Counted from the first letter of the stretch, positions 27,018-40,259 are shown. The stretch: 64,000 nt of DNA from Auanema rhodensis (GCA_964057225.1 OZ059895.1:14012001-14076000), one strand, 5' to 3'. Notes: generated by a model not told the origin, from the sequence alone. Numbers and translations: made by a program.

Positions 27018-28675
27018 TTATGGAAGTACTGGACGTACAGTATTGACCCAAAGGTTAGCACAATCAGCGTGATAAGATTTTCCAGCAAACTTGACTGCTG
27101 TACTAGCAGATTGATAGCAGATACTGCAAACACTACAACAACAAAAATAATAATAATAAAGAGCTTAAGATTAACTTACACGTTGTCCATCCCCTTTTCA
27201 GATTCCTCAGATTTCTGGCTATCATCAAGGTATATTTCAATCATTTTCCATATACGCTCACAATCTTTGATCACAGTTGTGATGTATGGACTAGAATTAG
27301 TAGAAAGGGTTTCTTTTGCACGATTCAGGATGAGCCAAGCATGAAATAAACACCTGAAAAACTTGACTTAAACTTGAAGCTTTCTACTACAAACCTTAAG
27401 TAATTATCTCCTTTTTCAGTTTCAAAAACTTCTTTAATAATGCTAGCGCTTTTATCTTTAAATAGTACTTCATATTCCTAAAGTACAAAACTGATAGAAC
27501 TATTAAAAAACTAAATACCCAACCTTAAAACGAGAGGAAATCGCTAGTATTATGCTTTCTAAAATTTCTGTTTGATCAGATGAAAGCAAAGTATTTGTAG
27601 GTATAGTTTGAGTTGGTTGTTTAATAGGTGATGCTTTAGTATGTACTGGAGATGAGTTATTACCCCAATCAATTCCAACCCAGTCATGATTAGGTAATGT
27701 CTTTTCTGTAAACATAAGAATTTTAAAACAAAAAGCATCGCAAACATGTTTTACCTGTGCACACTTCAGCAACTTCTTGAGGCTGAGGCGACACGCGCTG
27801 AGATTCAACAACCTTTGAGCTCAAACTTTCTTGATTAGAAGGCTTGCTTTGATTTGTACAGGAATTAGCGGTAGTAGGAGTTAATATATCGCCAAGTAAA
27901 TCTGTTGGAGAAGTATTAACAGGGGTATTGCTAGTACTTGAGGATTGAAATTTGCGAGGCAATAATGAGGTAGGAAGGAAAGAGCTTCTTGTTGTAGGTT
28001 TAGGAGTGCTGAAATAATCGAATAGAAATCACAAAAAAATATTTGACATACTTGGCTTGCGGTACATTGCGTGAAGAAACATTTACTATAGGAGCCGCAA
28101 TTTGTGAGCCTGTTGTGGGCACAGATTGTAAAACAGGAATTGGTAATTGGCTCATAGAAGATAAAGCAGCTAATGATTCGCCTTTCTGAAGAATTAAAAT
28201 AAATTATTGAAGAACTTTCCAATAAACGAATCAAACCTGAGCTAATGCAATTAAGGCTAAACAAGAAAAAAATTCGGATCGAGTCAACTGTCCTGGCAAA
28301 GTACGATTTACCGCAGACCATACATAGGAAAGTTCTGACCGTTGTAAACCCGAACGAACCATAAGATTATAAACTGCAGTTAATAGTTACTTAAATGATT
28401 GTAAAACAATTAATTACCTAAAGCTGTGTGGGGAAGCATTGATGAATTTGTAGCCCCACACCCCACTATTGCATCCAAATAAAATTTGGGAACGCGAGAT
28501 TCCTCTAATAAAGTAGGAGGAACGAGCCCCCCACCCCCTCCCATCATACCTAGAGGGCTCAACCATAAATTATGCTAAGCTCAAAAAAGGACAAACCTTT
28601 ACCAGGACCAGCAACGGGTATATTGCCCATCACTTCTTGCATAATATTGCTAGTATTCATAGAATCCCCGTTCAT
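27018..28675 (-). CDS. SYNRG: Synergin gamma (AP-1 accessory protein, EH-like domain)
   Basis: EH-like VYNLMVRSGLQRSELSYVWSAVNRTLPGQLTRSEFFSCLALIALAQ and C-terminal CSICYQ...FAGKSYHADCANLWVNTV, matching the synergin-gamma YHAxCANxWxNxV motif; lies downstream of vha-2. Confidence 0.85.
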
Positions 28676-28962
28676 GACACTTGAAAATTGATTTGTTTAA
28701 CAGCTTAGTACCTCCTTTCTATTTGAACTTTTCCGAGATATTTAACTGTGTGTAACAGGAATGAACAATGTTATGTATAATATATATTTTATTCACATCA
28801 GAATAAAAAACATCGTGAATGGAAAATATATTATTTAGCACTTATCGAGTTTGCGAAAATTTACAGATCTAAAGGTTATCACGATTTTTACACAACTAGA
28901 CAGGGTTAACACAGGTTCTGTGTGGAATGATAGTTTTGCTAACAAAGTACAAAGTTATCAAT

Positions 28963-29541
28963 TTAAGAAGAGGTTCCGAGGATAAGAGCGACAATCATAC
29001 CGTAAAGTCCAAGTACCTGAACAGAGTATATTCATTTCATAAACATAAAAATAGAAAGTACCTCAGAGAAGATAAGAATGAGGATCATTCCTACGAACAG
29101 ACGTGGTTGTTGTGCAGTTCCACGGACTCCAGCATCTCCGACGATTCCAATAGCATATCCGGCTCCAAGTCCGCAGAGACCGCAAGTAAGTCCAGCAGCA
29201 AGATGAGCGAATCCCTTGTTAAGGTTGTATCCATCAGATGCAGAGGTAACCTGTAAATGAAATGATAAATGAATGCCTAATAGATGAATACAAACCTTTC
29301 CCTTCAAGACCATAGCGACGACAAGACCATAAATACCGATAATACCAGCCATAATAACTGGGATAACAGATTTCATGATGAGTTCCGGTCGCATAACTCC
29401 CATGGAGCAAATTCCGACAGCGGACTTAGCAGTTCCATAGGCAGCACCCAAGACAGTGAAAATTTGGGCAGAAGCAGCTCCCATGTAACCGAAGAAGGGA
29501 GAGTAGGCAGCAGCCTCAGCGGTAGCCAAATCGTAAGACAT
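28963..29541 (-). CDS. vha-2: V-ATPase 16-kDa proteolipid subunit c (3 exons)
   Basis: [40 protein letters not shown]...[26 protein letters not shown]|[17 protein letters not shown]. Confidence 0.96.
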
Positions 29542-29745
29542 TATCTGAAACTAAATTCAATAGAAACATATTAATAGCAACACAAATAATGAGAGAAACA
29601 CCAGAAGGTGACGAGACAAGCGTATGAATAATAAAATAAGTTTACAAAGTCATCGCTTTATTGTGATGGAATGTTAAAAATATGCTCAAACCGACTATTT
29701 TGCACACCTATACATATATTAAACAAAATGATAAAGCAGGAGGAA

Positions 29746-30249
29746 TTATGTAGCTCCCAAGATAAGGGCTACGATCATTCCGTAGAGACCCAATACTTCG
29801 GCAAAAATAAGCATGAGAATCATTCCAACAAAAATACGCGGTTGTTGTGAGAGGGCTCTCACTCCCGCGTCTCCGGCAACACCGATAGCGTATCCAGCTC
29901 CCAATCCACAAAGACCGCATACAAGTCCACCAGCAAATTGGGCAAACCCATTGTTAATAGTATAATCTTTGCCTCCAGGAAGAACTTTTCCGGATACAAT
30001 AACGGCAACAACAAGTCCGTAAATGGCAACAATACCAGCCATAACAACAGGAATGATAGCCTTCATGACGAGTTCTGGCTTGGCAACTGCCATAGAAGCA
30101 ATTCCAGTTCCGGCCTTTGCGGTTCCGTAGGCAGATCCAGCAGCTGTGAAGATCATAGCTGAAGTGATTCCAAGAGTACCAAAGAATGGGCCATACATGG
30201 CCTGTTCTGCTTCGAGCAGCTCTTGTTTAAAATCCGGCGCGGACGTCAT
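29746..30249 (-). CDS. vha-1: V-ATPase proteolipid subunit c (intronless)
   Basis: 167-aa [14 protein letters not shown]...[16 protein letters not shown]...[33 protein letters not shown]; TTTCAG directly precedes the ATG. Confidence 0.96.
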   Translation of the reverse strand: MTSAPDFKQELLEAEQAMYGPFFGTLGITSAMIFTAAGSAYGTAKAGTGIASMAVAKPELVMKAIIPVVMAGIVAIYGLVVAVIVSGKVLPGGKDYTINNGFAQFAGGLVCGLCGLGAGYAIGVAGDAGVRALSQQPRIFVGMILMLIFAEVLGLYGMIVALILGAT

Positions 30250-30674
30250 CTGAAACCATTATGGCTATAATGTTTTAAAATACAATTATTCCCTAGTTAT
30301 GTTGGAAGTTTAATATAATATGATAAAATAGAAGAGGAAATAAACTGCACAGAAAACGTATACTGGAGAACTGAAAGCATGAATGAGCTGGTAGCTGCAG
30401 ACACATATGAGATGGCCCTCTCACTGGAGCGCTGTTTCGATTGACCGAAAACCGAAGAGCATTACGGTGGCTGCGGCCAATGATGGGAATGGATCAGGAA
30501 AAACCGCGTCGTGTCCTAAGCGAACAACTGACTTTTAATACGCGCTGCGACACCTTGGCAACAAGCCAATTCTCAATAGAGCATGTCTTGTGCAGGGTTG
30601 GAAAGTGTTGGAACTTGAAGATTTCCGTCTGGAAGAGTCATCTGGACGGTTTTTCGGATGATAAAGCATAAAGG

Positions 30675-31809
30675 ATGCGTTTACATATCCGGTTAATACT
30701 GGGAGCCTTATTTCTTTTCAATTTTTTAGCTCTTTTATATATGTATATTGATTTTAATAGTAGCGATGACAACTCTGAGTAAGTTCTTGAATGTTCTTCA
30801 TACGGTGTGTATTTTCTTCAGATTTATAAGACCAACCAAAAAGTCTCATGAGTTATGTGTAATTGTACCATATCGTAATCGTAGAGAAGAATTACAGGAA
30901 TTTACACCTTATTTAACTCAGTTCTTAAAAGCTCAGGTGAAAGACACCAACTGTATCCACTTCTATGTAGTTCTATTTTTAGTATATATCACATCGTATA
31001 TTAGTTCTGAATCAAACAGACGAATATCGATTCAATCGAGCTTCTCTTATAAATGTAATTTTGATTTGAGCTTATGTTTATACGATCACATCTTGATGTG
31101 TTTATAGGTTGGTTGGTTTGAAGCAGATAGATTAGGATGTGACTATCTAGTTATGCATGATGTTGACCTTCTTCCCATGAACTCTGGTGTAGATTATACA
31201 TTTCCCGGTGTTGGTATCGTAAGACATATCTCTTCTCCCCAGTATCACCCTAAGTACTGTAATGCTACCGAGTAAACTTCTAACCCTTATTTACTTTAAG
31301 GTATAACTATACAAACTTCATTGGCGGTATTTTGATGTTAACAATGGTTGACTACAACTTGGTGAACGGGATGTCCAACAAATATTGGGGCTGGGGGCTC
31401 GAAGATGACGAATTTTTTTTACGTATCAAGTATAGTATATTAAATTACTGTTAGTTAACTTACTACTTTATAGAGAGAGTAGTTTGAACTTGACTAGGAT
31501 CACTGGTTTATCATCAAATAGAAAGAACACCTTTCGACATATTCATGGGCCGAATAGGAAAAGAGATTACGCTGTTGTAACCAAAGATCAGAAGGCCATG
31601 AAAAGAAAAAGAGACAGAGTATGAATTCTAACCAAATCATCTAATTAAATATTCTTTCTCTTTAGATATCTGGTCTTTCAAATGTTCTGTATACGATTTC
31701 TGGCCGACGTCTACTTGAAATACAGGATGCTGTTGCCAGTGTTATAGATGTAGTTTTGCAATGTAACAGAACCTGGACTCCATACTGCGTCATACCTCCC
31801 CATTCTTAA
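30675..31809 (+). CDS. sqv-3: Beta-1,4-galactosyltransferase 7 (xylosylprotein galactosyltransferase)
   Basis: Type II TM anchor, then [29 protein letters not shown] (DxD), [21 protein letters not shown]. Confidence 0.95.
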
Positions 31810-32508
31810 ATCACGGGTCTTCTGATTTCTTGAGTGTAAGCTAAGCTTGACACGGGTTTATCTGTCATTAACCTCATCTTTTTGAATAATTTCAGAGTCA
31901 ATTATACTATATTATTTATTATACTTTTTATATTAATAATAATAATAATATTTTTATGGTTTTATTCTAATATAGATTCACATACAAAAGAATAATGTAA
32001 TATATGAATGAAAAGTCATTTACTTAATAGCAACTGCCCTAAGAAAAATGCTGTAGGGAAAGTTATTGTATGTTTTTTCTACAAATTAATATTAATATTT
32101 TTGTGAAATGAGTAATTTTAAGAATTCAAAAATTGAAGGAAAAAAGATTTTCATTATGATGTTTTGTATTAAAATAGGAAAATGAGGTTATGAAATGATT
32201 TAAAAAAATTGAAAATTGTTAAAATGCATTTTGAAAAGAAATGTTTCTATAAAGATCGTTGTTTTGCATTTAGTGCTTTAGTTATAGACACATACTTTTT
32301 ATTTTTAACTTTTTAATATTTTAAAATATAAACTTTGATTATCGGAAGTTAATATTTATTAGTATTAGAAGAATTAAATATGCATATATTACAAGGTAAT
32401 ATTATGGCTAATAGGATAGCGATGAGATCAAAAACAGTTTGGCAACTTTGAATCTTTGGGCAAGTACAAAGTGATAGTTACATATTTTTTTCATTCAAAC
32501 CTGAAAAC

Positions 32509-33655
32509 CTAATCTCCACTAGGAGTTGAAACCGCACTATTAGACCCAGGAATACAAGCTTCTTCACCACATCTGGTGCATAGCCCTCTATCCTCATATC
32601 GCAGTATAGACATAGCCTCGTCATATATTTTTGAATCAGGGAATTCAACCTGAAATTGAAGATAAGATATTGCTGAAACATTTACAGACCTTTGTTTGTT
32701 TTTTATCAGTAGCATAAACAATTGAGGTGCAACAAACTTCAGCACGTAGCTTTCCTTTTCCAAAAAATTGCCATTGGCAAACTTCAGAAGGATCCGAGCC
32801 AACATCTTTAATTAATAACTGATTATTTGTAGGAAAACTGATGCCAACCTTTTAGGAATAATATTCTGTCGTGAAATTTGATGGCTAATCTATCGAATAA
32901 TTCCAAATTTTTTAAAATATTGTCATCAGACTGAGCTGTGTACGAATATTTGTTATTGTGCCTATTTATAAGCAGTTTGATGACGGGCTGGAAAAGTTTT
33001 CGAATTGCAAAACATAGATAGCAAAACTCAAATTTACTTTTGATGAATTCAAAATAAGCTGACAAGCATGTCCTTTTGTATAAACAGTTGGAATACAACA
33101 TATTGAAAAAGGAATTCTTTCATCTTTTCTGGCTCCGTGTAAATCTAACCAGGATTGACAATCATTAATTAATCCCTTAAAATTTAATTTCAATGTTTCT
33201 TTAAGTTCTAAAACCAAGTATACCTGAACCAAATAATAACGAGCCTCTTTCAGAATTTGCTCTACTTCCATTTTACAATCTGGTAAAGGTATAGAACCAT
33301 CTCTAAGATAATCCAATATTACGCCAAAATGTCTCCCACTACGATCTAATAGAACCCATCCTCCTGAATCTGTCTGAATCTGAAATATCGATATCAGATC
33401 AGCTGTTTTCATGGATTCTACTTCAAGACGTCCACTAAACATTGCTCTTAGCATAGTATCTTCTTTTGTTAAAGTGGACAATGTTGTTTGAAAAAGGGAT
33501 CCACCTACATTCAGCTTTATATATCGATCAGTTGAATCATTAACCTATGACAAATAAAATGAAGCGAGGCAAAGCAATAGGCTTACCAAAACTGGATCCA
33601 CCGATTCTAGCTGAAATCTTTTTATATTGGATATAAGTTCAGCAGGCGAACCCAT
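32509..33655 (-). CDS. KCTD10: BTB/POZ CUL3 adaptor of the KCTD10/TNFAIP1 (BACURD) family
   Basis: [32 protein letters not shown]...LDRSGRHF...[32 protein letters not shown]...[21 protein letters not shown]. Confidence 0.92.
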
Positions 33656-34960
33656 GCTATCTGAAAAATGTTGTTTTAATGTCAAAATTAACACGTAACT
33701 TCAAAAAATTCAAATCATGAGCAGTGCTGAGAAAACCTAAGAGATTTTATCAACCAGCAAAGAATTGACATCTCCAAAATAAAAGAAATCAGAGTCATGT
33801 TATTTTATAGATTGAAAAACTAGCTAAACAGCCCGTGTAGAGTATTGGCTTTCTATTTATGTAACAATTTTGGTTTATATATATATATGCATTATTATTA
33901 TTAATATTATATTCAAAAAAGAAAATATAATTCAGAATGTTTTTTCATACATTAAATTATTTGTGTTTTCAGGTATTTCCAAAAAATTGTTTTCTTTAAA
34001 GTAACCCTTCATTATCCACAATTCCTTTCATCAACCTGATCATATGAAATCATCAAGAGAAGAAACAATTATTCCACCATAAAACGGTTCATCCGGAAAG
34101 TGCAATTACCCAGGTGTAGAAATAACAGATTTGGGTACAAATACTATTTGTTTATATGCCAACAACATAGTACTTTTGGTTATCATAACATTTGAGTTTT
34201 ATTGGTATTTAGTATTTTATTAAAATTATTCAAAAATATTCTTTAAATATTGGCTAGGAGTTGTTCTAGTTCTTGAACATAGTTTCTTATATAATATGGG
34301 TAAGAAAATCCGTGTAACAAAATTAAACTTGTATTTCTTATACTTTCAATTCACTACATTAATATTGGAATGAACCAAAAGCAAAATGAGTGGCATCAAT
34401 AATGTAAAATTTCAAATCGAGTTCATTATTATATCTTTTAAAAAAAATAGGCCTATATTATACAATTTGCCTCATATATTTCAAACATAATCAAATTACG
34501 TTATAAATGGTTGCCAAAACTTTAATAATTGGGTATCTATAATTATTATTATGGTAAAAACATTGTCTTAGAATAAGAATCACGTAAGTGTTAACATTGT
34601 TGTATTTAAATTCAAAATATTGTTTGAAGATGATGAGAAAGTCAATTCACATCATGCATTTTAAATTATTGATTTAAATAATGTTTTAGTCTGATTTTTC
34701 CTGGATATCATACATGCTACGCAAATTTTAAAATTATTACTCATGCTTATTCATCATATTCAGTGTTTTTCCTCAATAAAAATGTAAAAAATGGACAAAC
34801 GCAAAAACAATGCGTAGGAAACGTTTGAGGTACTAATTGGGAACTAACCAATCGAACAAGTTACAGAAGTAATACAAAATTTCATTTCAAATCAACAATT
34901 GAAAACATTTTCAACAATAACGATGTAACAGAACAAACAACAAATAAACAATTAGGGAAA

Positions 34961-36317
34961 TTACTTGGCATCAACTTTAGTTTTCTTGGTATTAAATGTT
35001 TTAAGAGCCTTCTTCTTTCTTTTCTTATCAATAACATCAGCAATCAAAGTAGCCTTCTCAGATTCAATCTCTCTCTCAGTATCGAAGATCTAAGAAAAAA
35101 AGTTAACTCAGAAAATTACAAATAAATTTACCTTTCCTACAGGATCCTCCATCTTTTCAGCTAAAATTTCAGAAACAGTGTGGTTTTTAACAGCTACAGC
35201 CTTATGATGAAGCTGCTTAGAGATATATTTAGATTTTGCTTGAAGCTTCACATCACGTCTGATAGCATTGGGGCTAGTGTATTCTGGATTGTCATAGAGG
35301 ACAGCTCCATTGAAAGATCCATGGAATATTCTAATTGTTTCTAATACAAATCTAGGACCTGCAAGAAAGCATAAGAATATTATTTCATCAGAAAGCTCAC
35401 CTATTTCCTGAAGTTGTAAAGTATCATCTACTATTTGGAAATTTCTGAACCAGATTTTCTCATCAGGTGTTACAGAGAAAGAGAAAACATGATCAACAAA
35501 TGGCTGAGATCTAGGATGGTGATTCGGCGTTCCAAAAATCTTAAAAATTAAGAAATTATTTGAGATTGAAAAATATTATTAACCTGAGTTAGAGCATGCT
35601 TAGTGAGAGTAAGATGAGGTTTTTCATCAAAAGTGCTATCAAACGAAAGGATTGGGCGAGAAGCCTGAAAAGAAGGCGATCATGAGGAAGAAGAAGGATA
35701 AAAACCTTCAAACAATTTCCGGACATTCTTAACTCCATCATAGTGTGAACATTATGAAGTAAGAACTTAATCGAAGGCCCACCTTCAACATTAGCCATCC
35801 ATAAATAAATATCCTAAAGACAATCATTAAAAAACAAACAAAAAATATTCCTAAACCTTTCTTTTACGACTTTCGAAGTATAAAATTTTTGTGCAGTTCT
35901 TCATTTCAGCTATTTCATTAATAACTGTCAGACTTTGTTGCTTATCTAACTTAGAATCACCTTTAGCATGTGGTAGTAACATCTAAAACAAATTACATAT
36001 CAAAGATCTGATTTGAATATTTACCTTAATATCATTCATAAGGTGTCGAGTGCGTACATCAGCACCACGAGAACATAAAACAAGAACTCTTTCGCGGTTT
36101 GTCCACAGAACAGCACGTTTCTTTTCTTCCTCAATTTCTTCCACGGTCTTTAAAAAAAAATTTTTTTAATAAAGAAAAATATTAAGTTAATACTCACCAG
36201 GCCCTCATGTTCTGAATCAGAGGATTCCTCATCAGAAACTTCTGATTCGGAATGTTCACTCTCTTCAGCTTTATTGTCTTTATCGAGCTGTTTCTTAATT
36301 TTTTCGAACTTTCCCAT
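34961..36317 (-). CDS. BRX1: Ribosome biogenesis protein BRX1 (Brix domain)
   Basis: WTNRERVLVLCSRG...RHLMNDI...LPH...GPSIKFLLHNVHTMMELRMSGNCLKASRPILSFD...HHPRSQPFVDHV...IWFRNFQI...LQEIGPRFVL. Confidence 0.95.
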
Positions 36318-36623
36318 TCTGAAAACAAGTACCTAATTTGCAAATTAAACGAAATGGGGAAAAAAGTCTGTTAAAAATCTTAATAAATTAAAGTCAAAAT
36401 TGTATGCTGTTTACAAGTGTAAATTTCTAGAGTCGTAGCATTATATTGGAGGTGGCATAGATCAGGAAATGTCAATGACTCAGCTTTTCATTGTTGATTT
36501 TTCGATTTTGAAAGTTATGAAATATATTAGTTTTGCTGAACGAATGATGTATATATCTATATTGCTTGTTTTTTTTCACCTCAGTTTCATTTTGTAATAT
36601 TGTTGAAAACGGTGTTTATAGAT

Positions 36624-38161
36624 ATGTCTCTCGGAAAAGCAGCTACTCCAACTGATCAGGAGGACTATTATACTCTATTAGGAGTTACAAAGACTTCAAC
36701 TGAATCTGATATAAAAAATGCTTATCGGAAATTAGCGTTGAAGTATCATCCCGATCGTAATCCTAATGATGAATACGGTGAGTTTCTTACGAATTCGACA
36801 CTCAATTAAGTAAAATGAATAATATTTAGCTCAAGAACAATTCAAAAAGATTTCAATTGCTTATTCTGTGCTTTCTGATCCAAATAAGCGTAGGCAATAC
36901 GACGTCAGTGGTCCAAGTGGAAGTCAACTTGATTTTGAAGGGTTAGACGTCACCGAAATGGGTAAAATGGGTGAGCTCTTCATAAATATATTGCCCTTTA
37001 CAAATATGCTAATTTCAGGAAGATTCTTTGGAGCTATTTTTAATAAACTGGGTGTACCTATTCCAACTCAAATTGTTCCTAAAGTTCTTGCACAAGCTAG
37101 ACACCTGGTTGATGGCACACCATGTGATGCTGAAGCCAAGGAGCTTATTCCAGGGCAACCGATTACAGCAAATGTTGGCAAACAGGTTTACCAAGTTGGA
37201 AGCCTTGCATTAATATTTTTTTAATATTTAGGAAGCGGATTTCTATTCGATTAAGGTTTCTAACGAATATACAAAACATGGTGTTAGCATCATATGCAAA
37301 TCAGCTTCTTCCAGCAAGTTTAAGTTGGTTTTATTTGACAAGGAAGGAGGTGTACGCATGATTCAAGTGAGATTTATCGCTTAGGTTTTCAAACTTTATT
37401 TGCATTTTAGGAAAGTCGTAAAAAAAAGTCTGGCACTCAAGCAGAAATGTTTTTCTTACCTGTTCAGATCGCTAATTTAGGCGAATTTGTACCGATGAAG
37501 TTTCATTTTGAAGACAAGTATTTGCAAGCTTTCTGTACGAAAAGATTCATTTGATTTACAGAGATACTCCTCTGACTTTCCATTATCTGGATACTTTAGA
37601 GACACAAACTGCTGGATTACTAGATACTAGAACACACATTTTGTGTGTTTATGGAGATAATTGGATTAACAACGTCAAGTAAGGCTTTATTATGTTTTGA
37701 TAAATTATGTTATGTTTTAGATATTCAATTACATTCCTTCCTATAGGAGAAGAGAGTGTTCCATTCATAAGCACTGTTACTGAAGTATACCTTCATTATT
37801 TGTATATTAAATTAATCAATTACTATCTCAGAAAGAACGCATTTTACATCAGAAGAAAACTGAAATGGCGAAGTTTCAAAACGAATATACGGAGGCTGTA
37901 AAAAAGTTTGCTTTTTGGAGAACTACACTATCAAATTAAACGTTTGCAGATATGAATTGGCAGTAGAGCGGTTGAAACTAGAGGACAAGGAAATAACAAA
38001 ACTGATAAAGGAGAGAGAGGAGCTTTACGATGATGTCATAGCGAAGTCTCAAGCAAATTACAATACTCAGGTACCGGACATATATCATCAAATTTCTAAT
38101 TTTTTTTTAGATATCTCCTAATAAACAATCAAAAGGACTTTTTTCTACCATTTTCGGCTAA
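36624..38161 (+). CDS. dnj-16: DnaJ/Hsp40 co-chaperone (J domain, ARG1-like C-terminus)
   Basis: DYYTLLGV...[18 protein letters not shown] (HPD)...[15 protein letters not shown]...[16 protein letters not shown]...[14 protein letters not shown]...VYGDNWI; ends FSTIFG*. Confidence 0.88.
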
Positions 38162-38562
38162 ACTATAGGTTGTACTTCACTTCAAAAATCTAGTCAGAAT
38201 TCAGTTAAATTTTTATTAATATTCATTGGATTTTGTGGTGTTTTATGTTTGTGATTATATATATTCCTTATAAGAGGTTGTGGTCTATACTTTTTTGAGA
38301 TCTCAATTAACACGTATAGTTATTCTTTAAGAAAAGCTATGAATAAATTATTTTTTAAAATCAATGTTAATGTTAATGTTAAACTGAAAAAGAACAACAA
38401 TTCATCATATAATTTATATCTATATTTTTATTTTTTATATATTTTCCAATATTCTCAAAGTTGAGTTTGTTTTTATAACATTATCATTACGATTCCGGTG
38501 ATATCTTACATGATACATGCTCTACTATAAGTGTGCGCTATTTCTTCCATGGGCGTGTCCAA

Positions 38563-38622
38563 CCAATAGGCAACGAGAATTTTTAGCCAATCGCCTACTG
38601 CCTAGTTTGTGCTGACGTGTCA
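38563..38622 (+). promoter_or_regulatory. xbp-1 proximal promoter: two CCAAT boxes and a UPRE-like TGACGTGT
   Basis: CCAAT at 38563 and 38587, and GCTGACGTGTCA at 38611-38622, upstream of a likely 5'UTR intron (38703-38796). Confidence 0.55.
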
Positions 38623-38810
38623 TTCAGGATTCTCCACTGGGAAAGAAGCTGTTGAAGTCATATTTCGTTCTCGGGCTTTGCCCACAATCTTAATAATTTA
38701 AAGTAAGTTTTAGTCTTATATCTCTGTTTTTAAATAGCAATTACGAAAAACCTTTATCAGTTGTTTTTTTTACATTATTTCATTTATATATTTAAGGTTG
38801 CAAGTTAAAG

Positions 38811-39884
38811 ATGGCTCCTCGTACTATTTATTTAGTTCCCACCCAGAGTGTTCCAACTAATAAATCAGTAATGAGTAACAACCGCTCTGCTCAGAGAGCT
38901 GTGATATCTTTGAACAGACCTAGCATTGCCTCTACCTCTGCTCCTACGATGAAGGCTTCTACACACCCACTAAAGGTAAGATTCATAAACAACTCAACTG
39001 TTTCGAATGAAAATATTTTAAGCGTTCTGCTGTTGATTCTGTTGAAGAGTTATTGAGTGAACACACCGGAGTATCTGGACCTAGAAAGCGTGAGAGATTA
39101 AATCATCTCACACAAGAAGAGAAAATGAACCGAAGGAAACTCAAAAACAGAGTCGCTGCCCAAACAGCACGTGATAGAAAGAAGGTCCGCTCTCAAAAGC
39201 TTGAAGACGTTGTTCGTGAATTGTTAGCTGAAAACCAACGTCTTCGTGAAGAAAATCGACGTTTAAGAGAGGAACAGAAACAAACCAAAGACTTGCCCTT
39301 TGAATCTGCCGCATTCATTAATGCTCCCCTGCCGAGGGATCAGGGCAAGTCTCGTCTGTCTCTGATTCTGCTCTTCCTGTCGACCTTATTCCCGAAGATG
39401 AGCTTGCTAGAATCATCGAAGATCTTAAGGTTAGTTACTATTGTAATTATATAACAATCACCTGATGTGTTATCAAACCATTTAAAATGATTATTGACGT
39501 CATTCAAAATTTATATTTCAGGAAGACTTTGACTTCGATCAGCTGTCCAGCGAGTTATCCTCAGAAGAAATCACTGAACAAGCCTACAACGCAGCGGAAC
39601 CTTGTCCATCGTATGAAGCCTCGTCGTCTCAGGAGCAAAATTTCGTAAATGCTGATGCTGTTCCCAACAGCCCTTCTTCATCAGCCAGTTTCACTACCAG
39701 CAGTCCTGTTCACTTCGAGAACCCTAGTTGGTTAACAGAAGAAAATTGTTTTGATAATGATCCCCTATTGTCCGAATTTCCTCCAGAACAACAATATTCA
39801 ATTCCACACGAATCCCTGTGGCCAGTCGAAAATTCAAGCCCTTTTAATGATACCTTTAACGAGGAGTTTTTTGAATTATATTAA
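38811..39884 (+). CDS. xbp-1: X-box binding protein 1, spliced (XBP1s) frame; exons 38811-38975, 39023-39429 minus the IRE1 intron, 39522-39884
   Basis: bZIP RKRERLNHLTQEEKMNRRKLKNRVAAQTARDRKK. Removing 39309-39331 opens an acidic transactivation tail ending FNEEFFELY*. Confidence 0.96.
39290..39351 (+). other. IRE1-cleaved 23-nt unconventional intron (39309-39331) in a bifurcated stem-loop
   Basis: Two hairpins, TGAAT-CTG^CCGC-ATTCA and TCCC-CTG^CCGA-GGGA, closed by a perfect outer stem GACTTGCCCT/AGGGCAAGTC. Confidence 0.93.
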
Positions 39885-40259
39885 ACTTCTCACCCCCTAA
39901 TTAATTAATTATTTCCTAGTCTAGTATTGTTGTTCAACCTTAGTTGGACATTTTCTGAAAGGTTTTGTGCTATTTTTTGCACTTTCGTTGTACATAACAT
40001 GCGAGTTCATTGGAATAATCTCTTTTATCATTTATAAAATAAACTTTTCATTTATTATTCCTCACCGAGCTTGGACTTGAAACTATAACCCGTTGAGGAT
40101 ACGTGGAAAGTAAGGCGAGAATACATAATTAAAAAAGATAATGAAAGGAATTAAGGCAAATGCTAAGACATGTAAATCGAATCATAATCAACATATAAAA
40201 TTCTTTAGAAAAAAATATACAAAGACCTTTCTGAAAGGTATTGCTTTTAACATAAAAGC

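Noticed and set aside
34110-34180. YANNIVL resembling a reverse transcriptase YADD motif; opposite strand PFYGG resembling helicase/polB motifs
   Set aside because: No flanking motifs and many stops; a mobile element cannot be supported.
33661-34961. Possible BRX1>KCTD10 operon
   Set aside because: The gap of ~1.3 kb is far longer than the ~110-nt spacing in the vha operon.
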